From: Nitrospirota bacterium
GTDB lineage: Bacteria > Nitrospirota > UBA9217
Direction of reading: 5' to 3'
Assembly: GCA_963737155.1 (NCBI GenBank)
Contig: CAVTRN010000002.1
Coordinates: 1,056,001-1,120,000 of the forward strand
Length of the DNA stretch: 64,000 bases
Part shown: piece by piece, positions 19,485 through 29,688 of the stretch
Numbering within the stretch: position 1 is the first letter of the stretch
Layout of the letters: each line of letters starts with the position of its first letter
Position numbers and translations under genes: made by a program
The notes under the pieces: generated by a model
Told to the model about the DNA's origin: nothing
The model's database searches: none
The model's input: only the letters and a program-made list of their open reading frames with translations

Positions 19485-19913
19485 ATGATTGAAGAAGAAG
19501 GCGTAGTGGCCGAGATTGAAGGAAACAACGCCAAAGTGGCTATACTGAAAAAAAGTGCCTGTGAACAGTGCGCGGTCTCGGGTGTCTGTCATCCTGGCGA
19601 CCAGGAATACCTGGAGGCCGCCAATCCGCTGGGCGCCTTGAAGGGCCAGAAAGTCAAGGTCGCCCTTGCACCGCAGGTCTATCTGAAGGCTTCGATCATT
19701 TTGTATGGCATACCTATGACGGCGCTTATCGCCGGCGCCATCATAGCCAAGATTATCGCGCTCCCCTACGTCGGTGATGTCCGTTCCGATTTCTGGGCAT
19801 TCATCGTTGGTGCGTTCTGTACTTTCGTATCGTTTTTATTTCTCCGGTTTTATAACAAAAAAGTTGAAAAGACTCAGAAGTATAAACCTGTGATTGTTGA
19901 GATCCTTGTCTGA
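19485..19913 (+). CDS. RseC/MucC family membrane protein
   Basis: IEEEGVV...SACEQCAVSGVC, LYGIP, 2 TM helices. Confidence 0.88.
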   Translation: MIEEEGVVAEIEGNNAKVAILKKSACEQCAVSGVCHPGDQEYLEAANPLGALKGQKVKVALAPQVYLKASIILYGIPMTALIAGAIIAKIIALPYVGDVRSDFWAFIVGAFCTFVSFLFLRFYNKKVEKTQKYKPVIVEILV

Positions 19914-19947
19914 TGAGCGATCGCATGACGGCAATGGAGCCCTACGT

Positions 19948-20214
19948 ATGAGACTGATAACAAAGCCTGACGAAGCAAGGCGGCTGGCACGGACGATTCT
20001 TTCGGACATCCTCCTGTACAACCAGGCCAAGGTCAAGGAAGGGATTGAACAGGACAGTCTGTTCGATGTCATGACGGAGGAGCTTGCCGAGGGCAAAAAA
20101 TATTACGAAACCATGGTGGATGAAGGAATCCGTCAAGCCAGCAACTTTTTCAACGAGGCCGTCGTGGACGTCCTCGTCAAGCAAGCAGGCAAATTCAAGT
20201 CCGAAATATGGTGA
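19948..20214 (+). CDS. Conserved small hypothetical protein (ARRLAR-I-SDI-LYN motif)
   Basis: Clean ORF with SD; motif recalled from deltaproteobacterial proteins. Confidence 0.7.
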   Translation: MRLITKPDEARRLARTILSDILLYNQAKVKEGIEQDSLFDVMTEELAEGKKYYETMVDEGIRQASNFFNEAVVDVLVKQAGKFKSEIW

Positions 20215-20372
20215 CCTTCGGAGAGAGCAATATCTTTGGCGGTTGGTGAAGGTCGCTGTTCCGCGAACGCTTGTGCGATTTTCACGTACGGTTGAATCTG
20301 ATACCTTATAATTTAGACAGGGCATTCCATTTCCTCCATAACAAAATTCATTTTGCTCAGAAGGAGCCGTTT

Positions 20373-22490
20373 ATGCCGAACGCTGATATCAAGGAAGTCC
20401 GAAACATCGCGATCCTCTCGCACGGCGCAGCAGGAAAAACGTCGCTTGCCGATGCCATGTTGTACACTGGAGGTGCCGTCGATCTCCTGGGAAGCGTAGA
20501 CTCGGGGAACTCCGTGTTCATGCATGAACCGGAGGAAATCGCACGAAAGATTACCATTACTTCGGCCGTCGGGTTTGTAGACTGGAAAGGCGTTCGCATC
20601 AATATTGTCGATACGCCCGGCTATATCAACTTCCTGGAGGAGACGCGGGGCACCCTTCGGGCTGTTGACGGTGCTGTTCTCATTATCTCCGCCATCTCCG
20701 GCGTAAAAGCCGAAACCGAAAAAATCTATAAATTCGCCTGTGACTATGAAGTCCCCCGCGTGGCATTTGTGAGCAAGCTCGACAAGGAACGCGCCGATTT
20801 CTTCCGTGCTGTGGGAGACATGGAAAAGTATTTTTGCAAGAATGCTCTCGTACTGCAGCTCCCCATTGGACTAGAGGATAAGTTTTCCGGAGTCGTTGAC
20901 CTCATTAAAATGAAGGCGCTGATATTTGCCACGGACGGAAGCGGCAAGACTGAGGAAAAGGACATCCCGGCGGCAATGAAGGACGAAGTTGCAACCTATC
21001 GGAAAAAACTGGTGGAGCAGATCGCCGAAACTGAGGACAGCCTACTCGAAAAATATCTGGATAAGGGTGATCTCCCCGAGGAGGATATTATTGCCGGCCT
21101 GAAACACGGCACAGTGGGTGGCGGGCTGCTGCCCGTATTGTGTGGTTCGACGGTAAAAAACATGGGGATCAGCCCACTACTTGACATGATTCTCCTTTGC
21201 CTTCCTTCCCCCGCGGAACGTGCGCGTATTGTGCAGATCAAGGGAACCAACCCCAAAACAGGCAATGAAATAGTACGCAAACCGGTTACCGACGACGGAC
21301 TAGCAGCGCTGGTGTTCAAGACCATTAATGATCCCTTTGCAGGAAAGCTTTCTCTGGTGCGCGTTTTTTCGGGAACACTTAAGGCCGACGCGACAATTTA
21401 TAACGCGTCGCGCCAGGTGAAGGAAAAGGTTGGCTCTCTCTTTATTGTTCAGGGGAAAAAACAAGTGCCAACGCAAATCCTTGCATCAGGACAGATTGGT
21501 GCGATTGCAAAACTCAAAGAAACACTCACAGGCGACACGCTCTGTATTGAGCACGACCCTATTATCCTGGACTTCGCGAAGTTCGCTGATCCGGTCATAT
21601 CCTATGCTATCGCGCCGAGATCCCGGGGGGACGAAGACAAGGTGAGTACAGGAATCCATAAGCTCCTTGAGGAAGATCCAACGCTGAGATTCGCCTATGA
21701 CGAGCAGACCAAGGAAATGGTGCTGTCCGGCATGGGGCAGGTTCACCTCGAAGTGACGCTGGAGAAGCTCAAACGGAAATTCGGCGCCGAAGTGACGATG
21801 AAGACCCCGAAAGTGCCTTACAAGGAAACGATCAGAACCAAGGCAAGCGCCCAGGGAAAATATAAAAAGCAGACCGGCGGTCACGGCCAGTACGGCGATG
21901 CCTGGCTCGAGATCGAGCCCCGCCCGCGCGGCATGGGGTTCGAATTCGTAGACCGGATCGTCGGCGGAGTGATACCCCGTCAGTATATTCCGGCCGTTGA
22001 AAAGGGCGTGATGGAAGCCATGCACGAAGGCATTATTGCCGGCTATCCCATCGTTGATATCAGGGTCACGGTGTATGACGGTTCCTACCACAGTGTTGAT
22101 TCATCGGAAATGGCCTTCAAGGTCGCCGCGTCGATGGCCTTCAAAAAAGCCATGGAGGCAGCAAAGCCCGTTCTTCTTGAGCCGATCATGAGCGTGGAAG
22201 TAGTCGCTCCCGATGACACGCTTGGCGCGGTGATTGGCGACCTGAACTCGCGGCGCGGCAAGGTACAGGGCGTTGTTCCCCAGGCCAACGGCCAGGCAAT
22301 CAAAGCTATGGTGCCGATGTCCGAGATGCTTTCCTATGCGCCTACGCTCAATTCCCTGACAAGCGGACGGGGAATGTATACCATGGAATTTTATGGCTAT
22401 GTAGATGTTCCGAGTCACCTGGCGCAGAAAATCACTCAGGAACGGGCTGCCCAGCACAGCCACGGCAATCACCACGAAAAGGAAAAGTAA
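20373..22490 (+). CDS. fusA: Elongation factor G-like protein (EF-G2)
   Basis: HGAAGKTSL, DTPGY, EEDPTL, KKQTGGHGQYG; not in the str operon, divergent G1/G2. Confidence 0.93.
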   Translation: MPNADIKEVRNIAILSHGAAGKTSLADAMLYTGGAVDLLGSVDSGNSVFMHEPEEIARKITITSAVGFVDWKGVRINIVDTPGYINFLEETRGTLRAVDGAVLIISAISGVKAETEKIYKFACDYEVPRVAFVSKLDKERADFFRAVGDMEKYFCKNALVLQLPIGLEDKFSGVVDLIKMKALIFATDGSGKTEEKDIPAAMKDEVATYRKKLVEQIAETEDSLLEKYLDKGDLPEEDIIAGLKHGTVGGGLLPVLCGSTVKNMGISPLLDMILLCLPSPAERARIVQIKGTNPKTGNEIVRKPVTDDGLAALVFKTINDPFAGKLSLVRVFSGTLKADATIYNASRQVKEKVGSLFIVQGKKQVPTQILASGQIGAIAKLKETLTGDTLCIEHDPIILDFAKFADPVISYAIAPRSRGDEDKVSTGIHKLLEEDPTLRFAYDEQTKEMVLSGMGQVHLEVTLEKLKRKFGAEVTMKTPKVPYKETIRTKASAQGKYKKQTGGHGQYGDAWLEIEPRPRGMGFEFVDRIVGGVIPRQYIPAVEKGVMEAMHEGIIAGYPIVDIRVTVYDGSYHSVDSSEMAFKVAASMAFKKAMEAAKPVLLEPIMSVEVVAPDDTLGAVIGDLNSRRGKVQGVVPQANGQAIKAMVPMSEMLSYAPTLNSLTSGRGMYTMEFYGYVDVPSHLAQKITQERAAQHSHGNHHEKEK

Positions 22491-22660
22491 TTCAGGAACA
22501 GGGAAGGGAATCACACGCGCGGCTGAGCCGCATACAGGGGTTTACACAGGTCAATGCATTCATCGGTGGAGCGAAGACCTGTGTAATCGCCCGCTCCGGT
22601 TCCCGTTTAAGAAACCAGGGGAGTTCCCGCAATTCGCCGATATATTTTTCAGGATAATTC

Positions 22661-23917
22661 ATGTATAGAAAAGATACCCTTGCCAACGGCATACGGGTTG
22701 TTTCTGAAACGCTTCCGAAGTCGAGATCGATCTCCATCGGCGTGTGGGTGAAAGTAGGCTCGCGGCACGAAGCATCGGAGATCGGCGGTGTTTCCCACTT
22801 TATCGAGCACATGTTCTTCAAGGGGACCGAAAAACGGTCAGCCAAGGACATCGCCATCGAGATGGACTCCCTGGGCGGCGAGATGAATGCGTTCACATCG
22901 CAGGAAACGACCACCTACTACGCAAAAGTCGTTGACGAACACCTGCCGGTGGTCATTGAGATACTTGCCGATATCCTTCTCGGGGCGAAATTTGATCCTC
23001 TCGAGATGGAAAAGGAGCGCAAGGTTATCCTCGAGGAGATCAAGGGAGTCGAGGATACGCCCGATGACTACATCCACGAGCTTTTCACAGGCACGGTCTG
23101 GCCCGAAAACTCCCTCGGACGTCCTATCCTCGGGACGAAGGACACGATCCGGGCGCTCAAACACAATGACATCATTTCTTATATCGAGAGCAACTACACC
23201 CCCCGGGAGATCGTGATTTCCGTCGCAGGAAATTTCGAGCATGCACTACTGATCGACCTGCTGAACCTGCACTTCGGAAAACTTGCGCGGCGCGGCGTCC
23301 CCAGGAAAGAGGCGACCCCGGAGTTTACCGCCGCCATTTCGGTGAAGAAAAAGCAGCTCGAACAGGTGCAGCTGTGTATCGGATGCAAGGGCCTGCACTA
23401 TACTCATGACGACCGCTATGTGATATCGGCGCTCAACACCGTGCTCGGCAACAGCATGAGTTCGCGCCTGTTCCAGGAGATCAGAGAACAGAACGCCCTC
23501 GCCTATTCGATCTATTCCTACGCCACCTCCTATCATGATACGGGGCTGCTCACCGTGTATGCTGGGACCGATCCATCAAATGCCCTTGAAGTGGTGCAGC
23601 TCATAATGAAGGAACTGGGGAAGATCAAGGAAGAGGGGATTACGCCGGCGGAAGAGTTGCGGGTCAAGAATCAGCTAAAGGGAAGCCTGATCCTCTCCCT
23701 TGAGAGCAGCAGCAGCCACATGAGCAGACTTGCCCGTCAGGAGATTTACTTCGGAAAGTATCTGTCCATGGATGATATTATCAAAGGCGTGGAGAAGGTC
23801 ACCGCGGAACAGGTGCAACGACTGGCCCGACATCTTTTCAGCCGCGGGAATATTGCTCTCACCATACTCGGGCCTATAAACAGGACTGATGTGCCCGAGT
23901 CAGTACTGGAAATTTAA
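22661..23917 (+). CDS. M16 (pitrilysin) family zinc peptidase
   Basis: HFIEHMFFKGT (HxxEH), SSRLFQEIRE. Confidence 0.95.
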   Translation: MYRKDTLANGIRVVSETLPKSRSISIGVWVKVGSRHEASEIGGVSHFIEHMFFKGTEKRSAKDIAIEMDSLGGEMNAFTSQETTTYYAKVVDEHLPVVIEILADILLGAKFDPLEMEKERKVILEEIKGVEDTPDDYIHELFTGTVWPENSLGRPILGTKDTIRALKHNDIISYIESNYTPREIVISVAGNFEHALLIDLLNLHFGKLARRGVPRKEATPEFTAAISVKKKQLEQVQLCIGCKGLHYTHDDRYVISALNTVLGNSMSSRLFQEIREQNALAYSIYSYATSYHDTGLLTVYAGTDPSNALEVVQLIMKELGKIKEEGITPAEELRVKNQLKGSLILSLESSSSHMSRLARQEIYFGKYLSMDDIIKGVEKVTAEQVQRLARHLFSRGNIALTILGPINRTDVPESVLEI

Positions 23918-24051
23918 TACAGAAGGGAGTGGATCAGGCCGGACGCTGGTAAAAAACGGGAAAACAGAGGGCAGACAGCTCATGCTGGGAGTTGCGACTG
24001 TCCTTGAAGCTTCCCACCTCCCTGCTGTCTATTCTGCTCTCTATTTTATCC

Positions 24052-24507
24052 ATGTCCAATCACCTTATTGTCCAGATAACTAGGCTTCCCCATGCAGAGG
24101 GCCTTCCCGCACCGCATTATCAGACCGAGCACTCGGCGGGTGTTGACCTTTATGCGGCGGTAGAGCACACCATGACCATCGAGGCGGGGAAATGGTCGCT
24201 GGTGTCTACGGGTATCGCCATTGCAATCCCGGAGGGGCATGAAGGCCAAGTCAGACCCCGCAGCGGTCTTGCGTTGAAGCACGGCATCGGCATGCTGAAT
24301 GCTCCAGGCACGATCGACGCGGACTATCGTGGAGAGATCGGGATTATTCTCTTTAACTTCAGTGAAAAGCCCTTCACCATCCGGCGTGGGGATCGCATTG
24401 CGCAGCTGGTTTTTGCCAGGATCGAAAAAGCCAGGTTCGAAACGGTCGATCAATTGACTGAGACATTACGCGGCACAGGCGGGTTCGGGCATACGGGTAT
24501 ACGATAA
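24052..24507 (+). CDS. dut: dUTP diphosphatase
   Basis: AGVDL, RPRSGLA, GTIDADYRGE, RGTGGFGHTG. Confidence 0.97.
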   Translation: MSNHLIVQITRLPHAEGLPAPHYQTEHSAGVDLYAAVEHTMTIEAGKWSLVSTGIAIAIPEGHEGQVRPRSGLALKHGIGMLNAPGTIDADYRGEIGIILFNFSEKPFTIRRGDRIAQLVFARIEKARFETVDQLTETLRGTGGFGHTGIR

Positions 24508-24532
24508 GAGCGTTCAGATTTCATGGTTGGGA

Positions 24533-24745
24533 TTGGTTACGTATTATCATTTCAATACAACAAGGAAATCTGTGCTTGTGATTCTGATGCTCCCGTCGAT
24601 GACTTCCCTTGCTGCTGAAGTACCCGCGCCTGATAATTCAGTTAACTAGGAGAATATTCAGCGTGTTGCCAGGAAATATCTTTACCGCGGCAATAGGGAG
24701 ATCATTGTTGTGGCGAACCAGGTTAAGACGAAGCTGAAAGATTGA
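24533..24745 (+). pseudogene. Internally deleted remnant of a secreted M16-family peptidase
   Basis: One frame reads VLVILMLPSMTSLAAEVP...VN*ENIQRVARKYL...IIVVANQ*; signal-peptide-like segment joined to an M16-like C-terminus, with an internal stop. Confidence 0.55.
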
Positions 24746-24816
24746 TAGACAACAGAAGTCAGACTAATATGCGCAACCCGCCGATATTCTTTAGTCTGTC
24801 ATCTGACTCCTGAATT

Positions 24817-26625
24817 ATGACTTCCATTATCAAAATACTCCCTGATCACGTAGTAAACAAAATCGCAGCCGGCGAGGTGGTAGAGCGGCCAGCGTCGGTT
24901 GTAAAGGAATTGATCGAAAACTCGATAGACTCCGGAGCCACGGAGATTATTGTCGATATCGAACATGCGGGAAGAAGGCTTATCCGGGTAACCGACAACG
25001 GGTGCGGTATGTCGAGAGAGGATGCCCGGACCGCTTTTGTGCGGCATGCCACGAGCAAGATCTCGAGTGATGAAGACCTTGAGGCCATCAGTACGATGGG
25101 ATTCCGGGGGGAGGCGCTAGCGAGCATTGCTTCGGTCTCCCAGGCAAGGATGCTGTCAGGTGTGCGTGGTGCGGACTCTGGCGTCCTGATAGAGATCGAG
25201 GGAGGTTTGGTCAAGATGGTTTCAGACGCCGCCGCGCTTCACGGCACGTCGATCGAAATCGCCCATTTGTTTTACAATACCCCGGCGCGGCTCAAATTTC
25301 TCAAGAGCATGGGCACGGAGTTTTCCCACATAGCGGCCGCGGTCTCGCGACAGGCCATGGCGAACCCCTCACTCCGTTTCAAACTGACTCACAACGCAAA
25401 AACGGTGCTGGATCTTCCGGCATCCGCAAGTGTCAAAGAGCGGGTGTTTCAGCTCTACGGCGCCGAAATAGCAGACAACGTCATGTCTTTCTCCGGCGGC
25501 CGCGATGGCGTCCATGTACACGGGAGCGTTGGCATCCCGTCTTATAGTCGCGCAGATCGCACCTACCAGGACTTTTATGTAAACCGTCGTGCAGTGAAGA
25601 ACCCATCGCTCTCTCACGCGCTCTACGGAGCTTATGGAGGGATGCTCATGCGGGATCGTCACCCCATCGGTTTTATTTTCCTCGACATCGATCCCTCTTT
25701 GGTAGACGTGAACGTGCATCCCGCCAAAGCGGAAGTGCGGTTCCGGAATCAGTCACAGGTTCATGACCTTGTCCGCGAAGCCATCCGGGAGTGTCTACGA
25801 ACCCATGGGATGTCTGTCGGCGAATTGACAGGCTCAGCATACGATCATGCAGAAGGGGTGAAAGATGCTGTGGGGGATTTTTTGAAAACACGGGAAACCG
25901 TTGGCACATTCCTTGAACGAAAGCCCTCGCCGCTGTTCAGTCGACGGAAGAGCGATGGAAGGACGGCGGATATGCAGTGCAAATCCGGGCAGGATTATCG
26001 AAACGCCGATTATCCCGATCCTACCCTGCAAACAGCCATAATTCCGGAGCATGATCTCTTTCCCGTAGCGCAGATTCATTACTCATTCATTATTGCACAG
26101 TCGGCGGAGGGGATGGCAATCATCGATCAGCACGCCGCTCATGAACGGGTATTGTTCGAGAGGCTGCAGAACCAGTTTAGCGATGGGCTTATGTCGATTC
26201 AAAACCTGCTCGTTCCGGAACAGGTGGAACTCGGTCCCGCCCAAAGCGGCCTTTTATCGGAGTACCTGCTTGAACTGAACAATCTCGGATTTATCGTGGA
26301 TGATTTCGGAAATGGCACATTCATGATCAAGGCCGTGCCCGCGCTCCTCGTCGGTGCGGACTACAAGAATTTGCTCCTCGATGTTCTTGATGAAGTGAAT
26401 ATCCATGGAACGAGCGTAAAAATGGAAACGCTCCGCGATGAGGTTCTGAGCGTCATGGCCTGTCACCCGGCAATCAAGGTGCACCGGCGTCTCGATCAGA
26501 AGGAAATGGAAGCGCTCCTTGCCGATCTTTTTAAATGCCGCATGCCTCACACCTGCCCCCACGGCAGACCTACGGTGGTCCGGTTTTCGATGGAGGGAAT
26601 CAAAAAGATGTTCAAACGGATGTAG
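24817..26625 (+). CDS. mutL: DNA mismatch repair endonuclease MutL
   Basis: IAAGEVVERP, GFRGEAL, DQHAAHER, CPHGRP. Confidence 0.98.
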   Translation: MTSIIKILPDHVVNKIAAGEVVERPASVVKELIENSIDSGATEIIVDIEHAGRRLIRVTDNGCGMSREDARTAFVRHATSKISSDEDLEAISTMGFRGEALASIASVSQARMLSGVRGADSGVLIEIEGGLVKMVSDAAALHGTSIEIAHLFYNTPARLKFLKSMGTEFSHIAAAVSRQAMANPSLRFKLTHNAKTVLDLPASASVKERVFQLYGAEIADNVMSFSGGRDGVHVHGSVGIPSYSRADRTYQDFYVNRRAVKNPSLSHALYGAYGGMLMRDRHPIGFIFLDIDPSLVDVNVHPAKAEVRFRNQSQVHDLVREAIRECLRTHGMSVGELTGSAYDHAEGVKDAVGDFLKTRETVGTFLERKPSPLFSRRKSDGRTADMQCKSGQDYRNADYPDPTLQTAIIPEHDLFPVAQIHYSFIIAQSAEGMAIIDQHAAHERVLFERLQNQFSDGLMSIQNLLVPEQVELGPAQSGLLSEYLLELNNLGFIVDDFGNGTFMIKAVPALLVGADYKNLLLDVLDEVNIHGTSVKMETLRDEVLSVMACHPAIKVHRRLDQKEMEALLADLFKCRMPHTCPHGRPTVVRFSMEGIKKMFKRM

Positions 26626-26903
26626 TGAGTCGACCGGCCGCTCAGCAGTTCGGAATGCATATCCTGAAAGAATACCACTGCTTTGCTATAACCTACTCGG
26701 CATCGGTGGAGATTCTGAAATATCCGGCCGACAAGCAGGTGGCCGTCCGGCCCCGTGAAGCTAAGGACGTGATCGAGGAAGACAGCAATCGGGGATAAGG
26801 GTCCTGGCCGCGCAGACGAATGGAATGATACAAAAATGCTCATGGTTTTGTTGATCACACTCAGTCTTGCTATGTTCCTTAGTATCGCTGTTGCGCTACC
26901 GGA

Positions 26904-27254
26904 ATGCCCCGTGACAAACTTCTCAGACAGATGTAGGAGAGAACCGCGCTGCTGATGGTTGCTGTCGGCTCCCAGAGTTAATATGACAGGAACCATGTGC
27001 CGAGAAGTGCATGTCCCTTTTTTTATGAAATCGGCTCGATCCTGCAGAAGTGGGAATTCCTAAAAAAGCCGCTCCTTCTCTACTGCGAATATGGGCCGCG
27101 GGCTGGCATAGCGGCGTTTACGCTCAGGCTCTCCGGCTATGAAAGGATATCTTCTCTTGAGGGACACATGAAAGGCTGGAGGAAGAACAGATTCCGCCGG
27201 GATATAATCGTACTCCAGAGCAGTGCCACACCGTCTCAGGATCAGCTTCGATGA
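26904..27254 (+). pseudogene. Rhodanese-like domain pseudogene
   Basis: In frame: DKLLRQM*...VAVGSQS*YDRNHVP...LLYCEYGPRAGIAAFTLRLSGY...LEGHMKGW; stops at 26934 and 26979. Confidence 0.7.
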
Positions 27255-27316
27255 TGGGAAGTACCTGCATCATGGAACGCGGAAGGAGGAGCCTGAGCTT
27301 TCTCTGAACCTTTATT

Positions 27317-28264
27317 ATGCAGAACAACAAGCCCATTCTTATCATCGCCGGACCCACCGCGTCCGGCAAAACGGAGGCTTCCCTCCTTCTTGCGCAGGAG
27401 TTCGGCGGCGAGATTGTGAGCGCTGATTCCATGCAGATTTACCGCGGCATGGATATAGGAACTGCAAAGCCGACTCCGGAGCAACGAAAGCTCGTGTATC
27501 ATCACTTGATCGACGTGGTCGAACCCAATCAGCCTTACAGCGTGGGCGACTACCTCCGCGACGCACGCTCGGCCATCAACGGCATCATCGCCTCGGGTGG
27601 CCTGCCTATCATCGTCGGTGGAACGGGGCTCTATATCCGCGCGTTAACGCGCGGGCTGTTCCAAGGGCCTGCAGCCGACCTCGACCTGCGCGAACGGCTA
27701 CTCAATCGTGAAGCGGAAGGGCCAGCCGGTACACTCTATTCCGATCTCGTCAAGGTTGATCCCGAAGTTGCGGTTAGAATCCATCCAAATGATCTCAGGC
27801 GCACGGTCAGGGCGCTCGAAGTGTATTATCTGAGGGACAGGAAATTGTCCGATTTCCAGCGCGAACACGCATTCAATGAGAAGCCATTTCGGTTCCATAT
27901 GGTTTTTCTAGTACGAAGCCGGAGTGAGTTATATCCGCGCATTGAACAGCGCGTAAACCGGATGATCGAAACCGGACTGGAAAACGAGGTAAAGACGCTG
28001 ATGAACCATGGCTACAGCCCGGAGCTGGCCTCGATGCAAGGACTGGGTTATAAACATTTTCTAAACCATTTTCTGGGCAAGACATCTTGGGAAGAAGCCG
28101 TGGCGCTGCTCAAGCGTGATACCAAGCGATATGCCAAGCGTCAGTTTACCTGGTTCCGCCGTGAACCGGACTCCGTCTGGATCGACATCACAGGACTTGC
28201 TCATGCAAGGGAGATTAGTGAACGTATAAAGAAAAGCGTTGAAATTTCAGATAAAGTGGTATAA
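27317..28264 (+). CDS. miaA: tRNA dimethylallyltransferase
   Basis: GPTASGKT, SADSMQIYRGMDIGTAKP, YAKRQFTWF. Confidence 0.98.
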   Translation: MQNNKPILIIAGPTASGKTEASLLLAQEFGGEIVSADSMQIYRGMDIGTAKPTPEQRKLVYHHLIDVVEPNQPYSVGDYLRDARSAINGIIASGGLPIIVGGTGLYIRALTRGLFQGPAADLDLRERLLNREAEGPAGTLYSDLVKVDPEVAVRIHPNDLRRTVRALEVYYLRDRKLSDFQREHAFNEKPFRFHMVFLVRSRSELYPRIEQRVNRMIETGLENEVKTLMNHGYSPELASMQGLGYKHFLNHFLGKTSWEEAVALLKRDTKRYAKRQFTWFRREPDSVWIDITGLAHAREISERIKKSVEISDKVV

Positions 28265-28267
28265 GAT
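28239..28267 (+). promoter_or_regulatory. Sigma70-like hfq promoter inside the miaA 3' end
   Basis: TTGAAA-N17-TAAGAT. Confidence 0.5.
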
Positions 28268-28337
28268 AAAAAAAATTTTGTTTCGGAGCAGCGGTTGATG
28301 ATTGGACAGTTCGTGACCGTTTCAAGGGAGGGGTTGG

Positions 28338-28604
28338 ATGGGAAAGTCGCAAGTTAATCTTCAGGACATTTTTTTAAACCAGATGCGCAAGGAAAAGATT
28401 CCTGTAACCATGTATCTCGTCAACGGGACGCGGCTCATGGGAACGATCAAGGGCTTCGATAACTTTGTAATACTTCTGAAACAGGAAAACCAACAGCTCG
28501 TGTATAAACACGCCATCTCGACCATCATCCCGGAAAAACCCGTAGAACTTTTAGACAACATGGAATCGAAGAAACCGGAGCAGGAACAGGCAGCACAGGT
28601 TTGA
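28338..28604 (+). CDS. hfq: RNA chaperone Hfq
   Basis: [21 protein letters not shown]; follows miaA. Confidence 0.98.
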   Translation: MGKSQVNLQDIFLNQMRKEKIPVTMYLVNGTRLMGTIKGFDNFVILLKQENQQLVYKHAISTIIPEKPVELLDNMESKKPEQEQAAQV

Positions 28605-28686
28605 CGTCCGGATGCCATCCTATGATCATTTACATTCAACAGTTTAACATTCCTTCTCATATGTGCAAGGGAATAACATAATTTCA

Positions 28687-29580
28687 ATGCCCAAGCGAAG
28701 CGTGCAGGCGAAAAAAATCAGTATCGGTGTTATCGGCGGCAGCGGTCTCTACGAGATAGAAGGCCTGACGGACGTAACGGCCATTAAGGTGTCAACGCCA
28801 TTCGGTAAACCCTCTGATGACTACCTTGTCGGCACGCTCTTTGGACGGCGTGTGGCATTCCTTCCCCGCCATGGCCGCGGCCACCGTATCATGCCCACGG
28901 ACATTAATTATCGCGCCAATATTTACGGCATGAAGAAAATCGGTGTGGAACGGATCATCTCCGTCAGCGCTGTAGGCAGCATGAAGGAAGAAATCGAGCC
29001 CGGACACATCGTCATCCCGGACCAGTTCTATGATCACACTAAACACAGGCGCAGCACTTTCTTCGGCAGCGGTGTGGTAGCCCACGTGGGTATGGCCGAA
29101 CCGGTTTGCCGCGATCTCAGCGCCATCCTGATGGCTGCAGGCGACAAGACGGGGGCCACGGTGCACCGCGGAGGCACCTATCTCTGCATGGAGGGTCCGC
29201 AGTTTTCAACGCGGGCCGAGTCGTTGGCCTACAGGACATGGCGCGTGGATGTTATCGGAATGACAAACGCCACAGAAGCGAAGCTTGCGCGCGAAGCGGA
29301 GATATGTTACAGCACGATTGCCCTGGCCACGGACTACGACTGCTGGCATCACAGCGAAGAGGACGTGACTGTCGAGGCCGTGCTGGCGGTCATGAAAAAA
29401 AACATAGAGACGTCGAAGGCCATGATTCGCGAAGCAGTTAAGATGTTATGCGAGGTCCGGCCCTGCTCATGCGGCGAGGCGCTCCGAAATGCGATTATGA
29501 CGCCGGAAAAACTGATTCCGCTGAAGACGAAGAAGGACCTCGCGCCGATTATCGGGAAATATTTGAAGAAGAAGAAGTAA
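28687..29580 (+). CDS. mtnP: S-methyl-5'-thioadenosine phosphorylase
   Basis: GVIGGSG, FLPRHG, MEGPQFSTRAES, TDYDCW. Confidence 0.94.
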   Translation: MPKRSVQAKKISIGVIGGSGLYEIEGLTDVTAIKVSTPFGKPSDDYLVGTLFGRRVAFLPRHGRGHRIMPTDINYRANIYGMKKIGVERIISVSAVGSMKEEIEPGHIVIPDQFYDHTKHRRSTFFGSGVVAHVGMAEPVCRDLSAILMAAGDKTGATVHRGGTYLCMEGPQFSTRAESLAYRTWRVDVIGMTNATEAKLAREAEICYSTIALATDYDCWHHSEEDVTVEAVLAVMKKNIETSKAMIREAVKMLCEVRPCSCGEALRNAIMTPEKLIPLKTKKDLAPIIGKYLKKKK

Positions 29581-29688
29581 TCCATTTCATTTGCGGCGCT
29601 GGGAGAGGTTCAGTACCGGAATTTATGGTTTTTCCCGGGGCCGTCTCTCCGTTCTCTGTAATGAGATGAATTGATCTGGAGGTATTTC

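Noticed and set aside
26626-26800. Possible gene fragment after mutL (…VEILKYPADKQVAVRP…)
   Set aside because: Could be another relic, but I cannot assign it to any family.
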